A DNA stretch of 56,861 nucleotides, the filler included, from Bipalium vagum (taxonomy: Eukaryota), in the NCBI GenBank assembly GCA_037834085.1. It is 3 parts of 3 records of this genome, joined end to end, with 100 filler letters (N's around TTAATTAATTAA, not from the genome) between each part and the next. Parts side by side here need not be neighbours in the genome. Positions count along the whole stretch, not along the records: positions 37,901 to 56,861 come from JBBMKC010014656.1; 2 more parts are not named here. One strand, given 5' to 3'. A program made the translations under genes and the position numbers. Below the pieces are notes generated by a model. The model was given only the letters and a program-made list of their open reading frames with translations, did no database searches and had not been told where the DNA came from. Positions 38,755 to 53,139 of the stretch are shown piece by piece (within the stretch, counting starts at the first letter, position 1; every line of letters starts with the position of its first letter).

Positions 38755-41700
38755 ATGAATCTAGTTAAAATTTTTAATGATGCTGGTGCAACACTAGGAA
38801 GAATTATCCAGGTAAAATGAAAATAAAGTTTTTAAATTTTAAACAATTCTAAACATAGCAAGCGGAAGAAGTATTTTTAGATGTACCAAAAACGAAATAT
38901 AACGACGAATACTTAGAAAATATCAAGAAAATTGATTTTCTGATCATTTTAACAGAAAGATTAATAGCGGATGCAGAACAATTTTTAAATCCTAATGCTG
39001 GTTATAATATTATAATTTTTATTTATTATTTAATCGATTAATTAAATTTATTACGAGTTTTGTCATGTAACAGATACGTATTTCTAATAGAGTTTTGGAT
39101 TATTTTTCATAATTCTTTAAAATCATATTCAATGTTGGAAGAATATCCAGTTTCTTAGAAAATAGTCTTGCAAAAATTCGTTATAAAAACCTCTTTTTCT
39201 TTAAATTGAATTTTAAATAATGATAATATAACGTCGATTTAAATTTTTATTAAAAAATATTCACAAGAGAAAATCATTTAAAAATTTGTAATTCTTTCTC
39301 GTTTAGTGAATGTTATATTTATATTATTAATTTAATAAATGGACTAAATCTTATAAGCGATTTATAGTTTTTGTGTAAGTTATTTACAGTCATTGTAAAA
39401 AATTAAAAAAAAGAAATTATAAAACTTTAACGGTTTTTTATTTTAATATTTTCTGAAACATAAATGACATTGTGGAATCTAATTAATATCAGTTTATCAA
39501 TAAAAACAAAAATTTTAATTTTTATGGATTATTGAAAAATTACATACAAGATTATTATATGAAAATATTTTTCAACTATATACAAATTAAGCATGTAATA
39601 TAGAAATTCAGTTACAATATAGAATATTTTAGAGGTCACAGAAAGATGGATACCTTTAGAAGAATTTGGAAATACTCTTCAAAATCCAGTTTTAGGATTG
39701 AAAGACTTTTCAGAATCTTTCAGTAAGTTCTGTTTTATATTTCTAAAAAATGTCATTAAAATTTTATTATTGTCACTTCAAGTAGAAAATCATTTAATAA
39801 AAAGTAGTCGGAGTAGGATTTCGTCTGATTGTGTGGGTTTACTTTTGGTGATAATAAGTTTAATTTATAAAAATCAATATAAAATTCTCATATGACAAAC
39901 ATTCATAATTTCTTAAAAATCCAGCTTCTCAAGAAAATATTAAAATAAATTTTAAAAAATTAAAATTGCACTTCTGTTAATTTAAACTTTTAAAATTTAC
40001 TCAATTATTTTCTATGGAGTGTTAAATCTGTTTAATTTTTTAAGAAAATGAAAATTATTTTAAAATTCTTTTATTTTAAAATTATTAATTATGTAAATTA
40101 ATGTCTAATAGACATATTAAAGATAACAAGTAATAAGAATATTCAGTTAATTGAAGTTACGGTTTTATAACAGATATAAACAATGTATTTTTGTTTAAAT
40201 TCATACAGAACAACTTTTCATATCATTAAAACAAAAATTTTTAGATGATGATCTGTTCAAAGCGGGAAAATATCAGAAAAAATTGGCATTCTCGATGAAA
40301 AACTTCAAAGATAAATCAATTGAAAAATATGTTCAGAAATTGAAAAATATTTTAGAAGTTGATTTGAAAAATTTCAAAGTAAATTTTTTGAAATTTCATT
40401 TGGTATTAATTAAAAATGAAACCTGTTAATTTAAGCACCCAAAAATTTTGTTAATAAAAATTAAATATTGATTTTTGCTTTCATGAACTCTTTATAATTT
40501 GGCATCACTATATTTTGGGAAAAATTTTCGGTCCCAGTGGTTTCAATGTATATAAAACAAAAGGTAAAAATAATTTATTAAAAAATTTTGCGACAAAATT
40601 TTGTTTTACATATTATGTATTAGGTTGGTGGAAAAGAAAGTGCCGTCTTCGAGGTTTAACTTTAAAACTATAAGACAAACATGTAACAAAACTTTTATTA
40701 ATTAAAATAACAACTATTCGATGGTTCAAGTTTATTTATTTCAGTCAAATAAAAGTCTGGTTTTCTGAAGGTGACAAATTCGTTCTGGTTCTTGAAGATT
40801 TTTTCCAGAATGAAAGAGGTCAGATGTTTGAAAAAATGATAATCAGTAGGCGAGAGGTCCAGTGAATAAGAGAAGTGAGGTAGAGTTTCACATTCGAATT
40901 TGTGCAACTTGTGCATCGTAATTTTTGAGATGTATGGTCTTGCATTGTCGTGCAGGATGATTGATCTTTTACTGTTGACCAATCCAAGGTTTAAACGTAG
41001 AAGCTTATGGTTCATTTAATGGATTTCTTGGAAATATTTCCCCGACAAATCGTTTCATTTTGTTTTATGAAGCTGAAGTATATTAAAACCCATTCGTGAC
41101 TATTAAACCGCCACTCTCATCTATTTTTGGTGTAAATTCGACTTAGAAAGGTACCGTGGAGATCGTTTCCTATTGTTGTACACAAGCCATTTTTCGTCAC
41201 ATGTTACGATACTTTCAAGATATGTTTTCTTGAAAAAAAGAAGAGACGATGAGACTTCTAAACGGTATTATTTTTGTTTGTATGTCAATTCATGTTGTAC
41301 CAATTATTCTAATTTTTCACCTTTTTTTTTAATGATGCCCTACTGCTGTAAGATCAACAAGTAGTTCTACAAGTTCACGTGTGGATTTTCCACGGTCAGA
41401 ATCGAGTTCAGCTTTTAGTTGATCGTTATCCAGTGCTATTGATCAAGTTCCGTGCTTCTCATTTTGCGTACTTTCATCTCTGGTACAGGATTTAGAAAAC
41501 CACCATTGAACTGTTCGTTTATTAGTAGTACCTACCTCGAAAGGAGCATTAATGTTACAGTTGTCTAGCCTACTCCAAGGCCATTTTTAAATAAGTATAA
41601 AAAGATTTCGATTTCTCATCTTGCTTGAAATGATTTCTAGAGGCCAAAAATAAATTAAAAAGTAATTTAAATCAAATTTAATTAAACAAAATATAAGCTT

Positions 41701-44700
41701 CAAATTGATATAATGATTAATACGAGGGTTCTAACAAAATTTCTCGTAGTAAAAATTACTGGCGACTCAGAAAACCTTTATTAGAACCCTCGTATTTATA
41801 ATTAATACATTTAAACAAAAATACAAAGGATTGAGCATTATTAAAACGTTAATTTCTTTTGCACCAACTTAATATTACAGTTTGATGCAAAATTATAACA
41901 TTACAGCATTTCTTTGGTTATTATTAAGTTATTTTAACAAATTTGAAAATATATTTATTTAATATTATTACAACAAATTATAAGTTGGTTTGCAGGTATT
42001 TCAGAAATGTCTACATTTTTATTTTAGTTAGATACAGTTTTGGTTAAAAATGATTGGTGCAAAATTATAACCTCACATCAGTTTTTTTAAAATAACGGGT
42101 TTACATATATTTTTTATTTATATCTATAACAATATTAACCCTAGTATTTGGCTTTTCCTTCCTTAAAAAATTAAAAATTCTGCTTGGAGTGCTGTCTGAT
42201 TGTTTTCTTAATTCTTCAATTGAAAGATTTTCTCATGCTTTGTTGATTTCTATTGATGAAATTGGAAAATTTCTTTCCATCAGAATACACATTTCTGGCC
42301 ATACTTTACCTATTCTAATATTATTATATTTTATTAATAATTAATTAATGAATTACTTTTCCTAAGCTATCAGTAATAACTTAGCAAATAAAATTTTAAT
42401 TATAATAACAATTTATTCTGATATACTTATTGATTCTAATAGACAAAATTAATAAAATTGATTTATTGACAGTTTTAAAAGTAAATATTTTTAAAAACAA
42501 TTAACATAAAAAGGGACATGATTAATATTAATGAAATTTAAATAATTTATTAGAAAATTTTCAAGAATTAAATTTTTTAAAATCATAATTGTCACAATAA
42601 AATTAATACAATCATTATTATTATTAATTAAAATAGTGTTCAGCTGATTGATTGGATATACAATCTTACATATCTAATTTAAATGTATGATCTCAATGAA
42701 TGATTACAGGTCTAAAGAAACCATATCTTTTAAATGAATCTTTAAAGAATGTTTTCATATCTATGTCTATCAAAACATGGTTATATTTTGCAAGACGCTT
42801 TCATTGAAAAAATAAGAGAAATATTGCTTTATTAAGTTTTATCTTGAAAATATTTTTGTTTTACAGATTAAAGTACTTTTCAGTGCCTTTGATCTGATCA
42901 AGAAATAGACGACCTTTATTATTTTTATTGTTATTAAAATGAATATTTAATAAATTGAAATCAATAAATGAGATCTAGGTTTGTACTGTGAAGCATAACA
43001 AAATATTTTAAGTTTACTGAATATATTCACAAAAATTATTATTATTATTATTATTGTTATTGAGTAATCAAGATGGTTCCTAAATTCATATATTTTTTCA
43101 TTGTTGAACATACAGAGATATTGTGTATGTTAAAATGTTATTGTTATCTCATATAGGCATTATAACAACCTTTAACAAAAAGAATTCAATGCTAATATCA
43201 ATAACATCAGAAATACCTTTACAAGTTAGTTAACCGAACCAAAACCACTTTACCTTAATAATATTATTTGTTTTAAATATAACTGATTATTTTCAATAAT
43301 TTGATTCATTTTCCTCAAAGAATTGTCTGAAAGTCCAGAATTTTCAGTGGGAAGTTTAATAAAGAGTTTTGATCTATGACTGTTTTTGATTAGTGTATTC
43401 AGTTTAGATTCATTAACTTTTAAGAATTAACGAAAAGGCTTTGGTAAACAGGACATCATCTGTCTTGTTCAACAGATTATCTATTTTTAATTTTTGCAAT
43501 AAGCATTTCTAAATAGAGATTCAGATTCCATGAAGGCGTACAGAGGTTTTTTGATAAAATGATGATTGATTAAAATATCACAATATCTTTATCTAAATTT
43601 TTAAAAATTAAAATCTCCGAATGATATTTGCACATCCAATCAACTAAATATTGGTCCATAACACACTATAAATAAATAATGGGACATTTCTTTAATGTTA
43701 CAAAAAAAAGATCAAGATATTTAATAAAGGTAGAGAGATTTGAAGTCGTATTAAAATCCTTTATTTATAAAAAATTAAGAATTGTTTGACCCCAAACCTG
43801 GATATGTAGTGTAATCTACGGTGAACATCCAGTACTCGTTTTTATATATATTATTTAAGTTTTCGCAAATTTTGGGTACTAAAATTCTTATTATATACAC
43901 CTCGCTACAAATCTGTCAAAATCTTAAATTGGCCGAATTTCAGGAAATTTTCCCGATTATTACCTTTTCAACAAAATTCACGTTCTTATCTCGAAATTAG
44001 TTCAGTATCTTTTTCGCGTAGTGAGATGAGCCTAGATCAGGCAAAAATACGTCATTATGGTGCTTGATGAATGACATCAACTGATGCTTAATGCATTCAT
44101 TGAGGTACACCTCAATGTTAATTGCCTGCTTTGCCAGGACAAGAATTGTTCGAAAACAACTAAAGATGAAAAAAAAATCATATCAATACCTTTTTTTCAT
44201 ATTATGACTTTAAATGTTGCCTAATATTATCCAACGTGGTTGTCATTTTGTTTGAATAAGTTATTTAGAAATATTAAAATAATATAAACATAATATATTA
44301 TAACTATAATATGAGGAATTAACAGCCCTACCGGAATTAATTTACGGATCCCATAAATTATAATACATATCTATTTAAAGTCTTTTTTAATGTGGTTGGA
44401 CATCAATTAAAATTATTTGCATTAAAAAATCACTAAACAATTTCAATTGAAAGTAAATTAAATTAAGAAAAGTAAAAGAACAATAAAGATAAAACACTTA
44501 TTTACGAAACTTTCTTAATAATAAAAAATATAATGCTTAAATTTTAAGTCAGTTTTAGCATAAAATAAATGTTTTAATGCTTCGTTGGACTACCTTTAGT
44601 GATCTATATCCCAATTTTTTTTGCATTGACATTGCACTTTTCTCTAGTGTTGATTTATGGACCCTTTCCAATACCCTGAAATAGTGTCCTAGTTCTTTTA

Positions 44701-47700
44701 AAGAGTTTTCCTTCAATATTTACCAGTATTATTAAATACCCCAAAGGATCCAAGATAACCAAGGAAATATCACAATATTTCGATCTTGAGTTTTATTAAA
44801 TTTTAAGTTTAAAAATGACTAAATTTTGCTTTTAATTTACAGTTGCATTATCTTAGATATTTTGAAGTTATGTCTAGTTTAGTAGAATATATATTTTCAT
44901 TATTATGTCAATTATAGGAGTGCGTAAATTATTTCTGGTTGTGCTGCATTACTTAAATGAAAAATAAAATTCGAGAACAATATCAGATGAAGAAATGTCA
45001 AAATATTCATAAATTTTTAACAATATTTTATTATAAAAAAGACTTATTTAACCAGGACGAAGAAGCCGCTCTAGAACACATTCGACTTGATCATGATTAT
45101 CTAAAGAATCGGGTAGACAACGCCTTCACCAGTGCCGGTAAAGAGGCCGTAAGTTAAATTCAGATATTATTGTAAAGCATAGCGGAGACTGATTTCTTTC
45201 TACCGACAGCTCGAAAAAGAATATGAGAAGACAAGAGCTATCTTCGAAAAGCATTACGATAGTACAATAGAGCTTTTCAAATCTGCTGACAGTTATTTTG
45301 TAAGCTTTAGTCTGAGTCTTTGGTGTCATTAAATGCATTAATATCTTTATTAATATAGACGTTACATCGCCAATTGTTAAAGGAATTTATAGATATTGAA
45401 AGAAATTACTACAGAGAGTGTGAAAAGAATTTGACAATTCTTTTAAGAAAATTACATTGCGGTATTTTTTATTTTTAAATTTTTAAAAAAATATTATTTC
45501 ATATCAAAGAATTCGTTTTGTGATTTTCAATGAAAACTACGCATTTTTAAAGAGCAAAAAAATTAAAATAAGAATAAATAAGTAATTAAATAAATAAAAA
45601 AGATAAATAATAAAAAAGTATTAACAAATCTAAGTTAGTACATTTCTTTGCAAAATTGAAATTTTCAGAGAAATGTATATAATTTATTTTTTTAAAGATA
45701 TTTAATGTAGATTTTAATATATTTTTTTTCAATTAAAAACGCAATTATTTTCTTACCAATCTGTAACATTTATGGTGTGACAATAAAGTTCTGGGACTTT
45801 AGCTGTACAAGATCAAAAGTACATAATCAAATGATCATATATCGTTACTCAAAGTACTCATCATTGACTTGAATACACGTAGTACATTTTTTAAACAAAG
45901 CAGTAAAACTTTTTAGAAAGTTCTCTTAAGGAATTCTCTTCAGTTTGCTTGCAACATTGGTTTAAATAACCTCAATATCTTGAAAATTTCTTCCTTAAAG
46001 TATGGCTTTCAGCTTTGGGAATAGTCAGAAATTTGTTGGAGATAAATCCGGTGAATATGGTGGATGGTTGTTCATCGTAAAATTCATTTTACGATTTTGT
46101 AATTTGAGTTATAATAATAGTCCTGGAACTTTATTGATACGCAATGTATCTTTATATTTATTTCTTGATTACTGATTATTTAGGATTAACAGTTTTCAAA
46201 AAAAAATCAATAAAATCTTTTTTGACACAGTCATACTTCTTTCTCATTAAAGTAAATATATATTTATTATATAATATAAAATTTTAATTGAACCAAATAG
46301 ATTTTATTTGATTATTTTTTCATATTTAATTGGATATAATGCAAATGTATTAATAATTTCTTACAATTTTCAATCGCGCGCTATTAAAAATTTAATTCTT
46401 GAAAATTAGAAATTATTTTTATTCTTATTTAGACTCATTCAAAATTACATATGATTTACAATTTGATCACGATGGATTTATTAGCACGTCCGATGTCGAC
46501 GAAAGAATACGGAGGAAAAAAATTATTGAGCTTTCTAAACTAAGTGAAAATCCAGAAATGGAAAGTAATAAATTTTCACCAATAGATAAGCACGGAGGAC
46601 ACTTTGAAAAACCCTTTCAATACGATAATGACGTCATGGACAGTGAAATATCAGTTCGAAGAATTAACGGCTCTGTTGAATGCAGCTCACAAGGTTTTCC
46701 CATTGATGGTTAGTTTAGTATTATTATATATATTTTTATTATTTATTATTTTTAATTAATATTTATTATTTTCACCAGAAGTAAGTCAAATTAAGTCATG
46801 TAATTATTGGAATGAGTGAAAACTTACGATTTACTGATTTAACAGTCCTTTCAATGAGAAAATTTTTGAGAAATTTAAAAGGAAAGGTTTTCAGAAGAGC
46901 TTAGCCAATCTTCTGAACCAATTGACAAGAAACTGAATAAAATTCCCGATTCAAAAAAATTATCTAAAATTGGTTTTGTAAATAAAAATAAGAAATTTAT
47001 TATTACTAGAGAAAAATTATGTTGTATATTTTTTAGTTACACATTTAAAATCACTTAAAAAAGAAGTTGAAAATAATTCTTATTTATTAAAATAAAATAA
47101 AACTAAATTAAAATGTATAATGCATGGATTGAAAATTATGAAAAAGAAATCACCTTGCAATAGTAACGATTCAATAAATTGAAAGAAAATCTTATCAGAA
47201 TTATTTTATTTGTGAATATTTAAAATGTCTTTTAATAAATTAAATTTTTAATAAAATAAATATTAAAAATTTTTTAAAAGTAATAATAAAATCTAAATAT
47301 TACTTAGTTAAATTTTCCAATCATGTTAACGTTTTAAATTACCAGCAAATTATCGGTAAATTCCAAAAAAATAATAACTAGATTTATTAAATCTTTATAA
47401 TATTTTAAAAAATATTTAACATATTATTTTTTTGATGTAAAATAATAAAAACGCGAGACATTGAAACGCACTAAAACCATTTATTTCTTTTGGTACTGGA
47501 CTGAGTTTTTACTCAAAATATTTATCTGGATATTGTGATTTATTTACTAATTTTAATAGTTTAAATTATATCTAATTAACGTTAAAAATTGATAAATAAA
47601 CAATTTTAGTATGATGAGAATTAAAAGGTTTCTATTTAAACAATAATACAATTTTGAAAGGTGACATAAAATTTGACTGGAAAGTTTCAATTAAAACATA

Positions 47701-50700
47701 TCCATGAAAATTGACAAATTATTAAAATATAAATGAAAAATAAAATAAATTAAAAAAATAATTAAAAAATAAGAGAGTAATTAAAATTTAGAAAGTGATC
47801 ATCACGTTATTACTAATGGAATTTATAAATCATATCCTTTACGCGTTGTTATGGAAAATGAAAATGAAGGAAAAGCTCTGGATAGTTCTGGTTAGTTATT
47901 TTTATAATATTTATTGATTTATTTTAAGAATTGATTAATTTTCACTCTATTAATAATGTATGTTAGATCATATAAGGTCGTAAATTCGATATTAATGGTT
48001 TTTCTGATTTACGATTGTTATGTATATTACCCCAAGAATAATCTCACCTAAAAGTTTTTTATTTATGTCATCCTAAAAAACATTTCTTTTTATTCAGCTT
48101 AATAAATCTTTTTATGATATCGCACAAAAGTTCATCATTTCCTTTTGGTTTGTGTAATTTGAGGATATATTTGATTTTTTCATAAGCTATAAAATCTTTG
48201 ACATGACAATTTTAAATCAATCAATAAAAAAGCCTTTAATTAAAGGTAACAAGGTTAAAGAAACTTCACTTTTTATTTATAATTTTGCAACGAAGAAAAG
48301 TTAGAGGATTTGATTATACCTTTTTTTACTGTCTGTATAGATTTAAAAATTTTTCTAAAGAGTAAAATAGTGACTTGACAAAGAAACCCTTTACTGTAAA
48401 GATTTTAATTTGTGACGAATGAATTTTCATCCCGCTGAAGAATTTCCCAAGAAAGAACACAAACTTAATCTTCATCGACTAAGCATTATTTATTAAGAAT
48501 AAAAGCTATTACATGAATATGAACTTAATCGACAGTTTCAAAAATTCATTGAAAATCTGAGACTGATTATTGATAATTTGTGAATATTTACAATTTTAAA
48601 TTTAATTTTTTATCATCACTTAAATTGCAAAGAATTTTAAAGGTAGACAGATTTTCTTAATGTTCTTTCTAAGTACTGTAACTTTCTTTTTAGCACAAGA
48701 TAAATAAAATTTTGCTGACTTACTTAACAAGTCCATCTCTTTATGATTCTAGAATATTTTAACTTAACATTTGTTTATTTAATGATCTTTCTAACAACTT
48801 TTGAAGTGTTTCTAGAATCAACAAATGATCATATATACTAGGGTGTATCAAAAGTCTTTTCCTATAAAACAACATTTATTCAAATGTACATAAAAAAGAA
48901 CAAAGGATGATTATTAATCTTCGAAATATAGTCCGTTGTTTTCAATGATCTTAAGCCATCTTTCTGCCAATTGTAGTATCTGTTAAAAATACCATTCCTT
49001 GGGAAAACTCACAAAAAGCCTGTTCGACCTCTTCAAACCGTCGACCCCGAAGAAATGCAGCCATAGAGCGAAATAAGCCATAATCTAAAGGGGCTTCTGT
49101 ATCGTGGATGTGGAAGTAATTGTACTCCATCCATTTTCTCAAGTTCGGCTGTAATCAATGAGATCGGCGCGGGGCAGCAATATCCTGTTGTAACAGATCG
49201 CACTTTCTGTTACTTTAAAATATTATTGACACGTCCTAACTGTTCTGCGTACAACTCAGCATTCACTGAGGAACCTGTAGTACACAGTTTTAATTTTAAT
49301 TTTAAAAAATGAATGCGTTTTTTCATTAGGGTTCATTGCAAAAGAAATAATTATTTTATCAAAGTTTTATTAAAACAAATTACTTCAAGAAGACTCATAA
49401 AATACAACACATTAACTTATTATTAAACGGTAACCATCCATATTATTAGGTTTTAAGATTAGGAAAAGAAATTTGAACATTTTAATGTTTATTTTTACAT
49501 TTTCAATACATAATATTTAATAAGCAAAATAATTATTTCTTTTTATTTACTTTAGCAAATGCATCATCTGGAAATGATGATGAAGAAGAACATTTGGGAA
49601 AATCGACTGTTGTCTTGACGAAGCATGAGATAGAATCAGAAACTCCTGAATTACCATGTTAACTTAAAATATTTTTTTTAAATTAATAAATAATAAATAA
49701 AAATAAAATTTTACCATTAATTAAAATTCATTGAAAAAATTAATAATAATAATTAATTTAGGCTTCCTTAAGATAGAGAAAAGTGAAATTGAAATCATGC
49801 CATTGGAGGAAGGTATAAAGATCGAAGATCCTGTGATGAAAGAATCTACCGAAAACCAATTTGAAGATACAATGAGTAACAAAAATATTAATATTTATTA
49901 ATAAATTATTTTATTTTTTATTTCTGTTGTGTGTTTATCATGTCTATAAACTCTGTGAATATTTAATTCATAAAATAAAAGATATTTTATAATTATAAAA
50001 TAACTTTTTTAAATGGTTATTTTATTAGTTAAAATAATAAAATTTAATCTTGAAAGGTTATTTCTTTATAGTAAGTTTTTTCTATATAATCTCTCATATT
50101 ACACTTTTATCGTTATTATTATTGAAATATTCCAGTGAGTTCAAAAATAAACTTTACTTGTGAAGATAACATTCAAGCGGAGACTGATCCAAGTGTACAT
50201 GCTCTTCCGGTCGCAGAAATTCATTTAATTGCAGACCATGCAGAAAGCGAACATTCTTTGGATTCTTCCAGTAAAATAATTCATTTCCAGTGAATTTCAG
50301 TAATGCCTGAACTTTTACATTTTAGATAAATTAGAATTGAATATCCATAGTGAGGCAGCTTTTGATCCAAATCTCTCGGAAAATCTTGAAACTAAAACTC
50401 ATGAACACGAATCGATCAAATTTGAAACTGATCTTCCAAGTGTTTCTTGTAAGTTACACTCTTTGTAAAAGAAGAAGAAACTTTTCATTATTAATATTGG
50501 AATATTTTAAAAAAATATCTTGAATTAATTGGTGTTATTTGTCTTTATATTAAATATATTTAATAAAAATATTTATTTATATATAAAAATAACACTCTAT
50601 TTATATAAAATTTTAATAATAAAAGAAATAAGAAATATTTTCAGTAGAACAAAGAAATAAAAATAAAACAAATTATTGTTTTAAGTAAACTATTTTGTTT

Positions 50701-53139
50701 TAATTGTTGAATATCTTAATTAATAAATTTTTTTTTCAAATATTTTAAAGAAGAAATTTTGTTATGAAAATACTTATTTAAACCTTTATTGAACCAATGT
50801 AACGGATTCGTGTATTTGTGTTTCTTTAACAATTAATGTCAAATGTTAACATTGAATCTTTTAATGCTCTTTTGGTCTTCAGTTTTAAATTACTTATATT
50901 TTTATTAATACTAAATGCTCATTAGTGAAAATGGAAAGCAGTTTACCTTCTGAGGATCAAAATGTCTTGTCAAAAGAGACTTTTTCAACTGATGTGCATG
51001 GTTCAACAAGTGATGAAAAAGCAAATGATATTCATCGTTAGTGAGATTGCATACTAAAACTCATTAAAAATATTTTTTTAATTTCTTAACTTTAGTAAAT
51101 GTGGCTCTGGATCATGCAAAACATGACGAACAACTGAATATAGAAGAGGCCACTGTACCTCATTCTGATCAAAAGTTGGAAAGTACAGCTCCAGGTATGA
51201 TATTTGTCTTCATTTCCGATTTTAAATAAATAATGAAAACTTTTTCTGGAACTGTATTATAATAAGGCTCAACGTTACCTTTAAGTCTTTGAATAAGCTT
51301 TTGAAATTATAGACATTTTAAATAAAGCTAAAATCCAGACAAATATTCATAATGAAATAAAAAATAAGAAAACATAATTCGTGTTTTACTTTGGTTGTTT
51401 TGTAAAATTACAAAAATCTTGAAATATTTTTTTCAGAAAACGAAGCAAATATTAATCTAACTCTTCAAGCTGATTTACATGTGGACCAAAAGCTTGATAC
51501 TGAAGGAGAAGGTAATGACATTGTCTTACAAAATAATTTTATCAATTTTATTTAAGGTACAATCGAATGAAATTGTTTAAAAAATAACAAATTTTTCAAT
51601 TTTAAAATTTGGTTTTCATTTGTATTTTAATAATTATTTATCAAAAAAAATTATTTAGACCCAAAAAACAGCACGAAAAATAGCGATATTATATTTTTTA
51701 TACTGAAATATATTTATATACCCAGGCGTTTTTTTAAAATTTTCAGCAATTGGCCGCAGCTCTTTGGGTGAAAAACAGTTTCATTCTCGACTTAGAGATT
51801 TTTTTTGTGCTTCCAAATTTTAGTGACGCTTAGCACATACCCTGCTCTCCAAAATAGACCATATACTGTAGTCTATCTGGTTAAGATCCAGGGAGTATGG
51901 CGGTCATTCTTGAGACGTGATAAAATCCGGAAAATTGGATTTGCACCATTCCTGAGTTTATTTGGCCTTATGGGCTGGAGTGGAGTCTTGTTGAAAGATC
52001 CATTCTTCGTTTATAAAATGCTGTTTGGACCAAGAAAGTAATACAGATTCCAATATGTCCCGTCGATATACTTCTTGGTTGATTTTCACCCCTTATCCAC
52101 GAAAATTAGAGAAGTTTTGCCACTTGCACAGATACCACCCCAGGCCATGACAGATTCTGGATTTTGGCGGTCTTCCATAGTTTTGGAGTTCGCAGTAGTC
52201 TTTGGTGACCATATCCTATCGTTTTGGTGATTATGGGATTGTCCGATGGTAAATAACTTCTCATCTGAGAAAAAAATTAGCTCCCAGTGCTGATCTGCAC
52301 CCACAGTTTCAGTACTCGACATCTTTGGAGTCTTACTCATCTGTTTTCATCCGTTAAGAGCTAAACTTTTTGGAACTTGTAAGGCCTGAGCTGCAGCTCG
52401 TTTTTTGCTATCATTCAAACAGATTAACGTTTGAGCCCAGTCTTACTGGCGACTTTTCTCATAGAGAGTCTGGGATTTCGCTTGATCCTCTTATTAATAT
52501 TTGGCGATTGGAAGAGATATTAATTGTCCGTTTCCTTCCACTTCCTGGACGTCGACCACTATGGCCAAATTCTTTGAATCGCTAAATGTCGTCAGAGACT
52601 TTTTGTTTTGGGACATTCAACAATCGACTAATTTCACTTAAACTTTTTCCGGAAAGAAAAATCTCAAAAATTACACTAAATATGATCAATATTTAAAAAA
52701 AGAAAAAATCACAATATTAAAATGTGCCTAGATTTCAGTTGGATTTTTAAATAAAATTATCCAGATCAATATAAACTATATCGATGAGTTCGTAATGCTG
52801 AAGGATTTTTGATTTTATTATGGAAAAAATTTGTGTGATACAAATAATTTTAAGAATGCACCCAATATCGAGAGGTACGTTATATTGAGCTTTAAATGTA
52901 ATAATAATAATAAAAATTTTCAAAATACTATTCATGAAACGATACAATACATTCTTTCTCTTTTATTGTGATTACCTTTAGAAGGCAAAGACTTATCTAT
53001 ACATTTGGGGAAAACTGATGATAAGAATGACATTCCGAATCCGAGCATTGAGGGAAATGTTGTTCAAAGGAATAAATTTGGTTGGAATGGTGATTCTGAG
53101 AGATCTAAAAAGGATAAGACAGAAGACGATAATAAATGA
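38755..53139 (+). CDS. SH3GLB1: Endophilin-B-like N-BAR domain protein lacking SH3, with a long acidic low-complexity tail; 17 exons, ~666 aa
   Basis: Exons: 38755-38811, 38859-39000, 39633-39722, 40245-40378, 45056-45148, 45210-45299, 45359-45461, 46433-46708, 47792-47890, 49556-49657, 49762-49875, 50136-50270, 50326-50448, 50926-51036, 51096-51194, 51437-51511, 52982-53139. All introns are GT-AG; total 2001 nt = 667 codons. The N-terminus MNLVKIFNDAGATLGRIIQQAEEVF..KT..EQFLNPN and the segments LFKAGKYQKKLA, LEHIRLDHDYLKNRV and LLKEFIDIERNYYREC are colinear with the endophilin B BAR domain. AATAAA near 53233 follows the stop. The symbol is family-level only. Confidence 0.82.
40620..41872 (-). 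mobile_element. Near full-length degenerate mariner (DD34D) with both TIRs
   Basis: TIRs TTAGGTTGGTGGAAAAGAAA and TTTCTTTTGCACCAACTTAA, TA-flanked, ~1.25 kb. IVTCDEKWL, ILHDNARPY and FSYSLDLSPTDYHFF motifs. Confidence 0.9.
41721..41794. mobile_element. ~70-bp mini inverted-repeat element inside the mariner
   Basis: TACGAGGGTTCTAA...TTAGAACCCTCGTA perfect terminal inverted repeat. Confidence 0.7.
45773..46146 (-). mobile_element. Internally deleted mariner-like element with TIRs
   Basis: GTGTGACAATAAAGTTCTGGGACT and AGTCCTGGAACTTTATTGATACGC; internal HPPYSPDLSP..LFPKLK motif. Confidence 0.8.
48838..49290 (-). mobile_element. Mariner 3' fragment
   Basis: APLDYGLFRSMAAFLRGRRF and IIENNGLYFED* C-terminus; TIR-like TAGGGTGTATCAAAAGTCTTTT. 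Confidence 0.75.
51650..52690 (-). mobile_element. Degenerate maT/DD37D-like transposon
   Basis: FFSDEKLFTIGQSHNHQNDRIW..SVMAWGGICASGKTSLIFVDKG, FQQDSTPAH and PYSLDLNQIDYSIW motifs. Confidence 0.85.

Noticed and set aside
35761-38755. Head-to-head Ig/FnIII and BAR genes as a bidirectional promoter
   Set aside because: An artificial gap lies between them, so distance and adjacency are unverified.
44098-44117. CATTGAGGT-AC-ACCTCAATG hairpin
   Set aside because: Short and isolated, inside probable transposon debris, with no ncRNA context.
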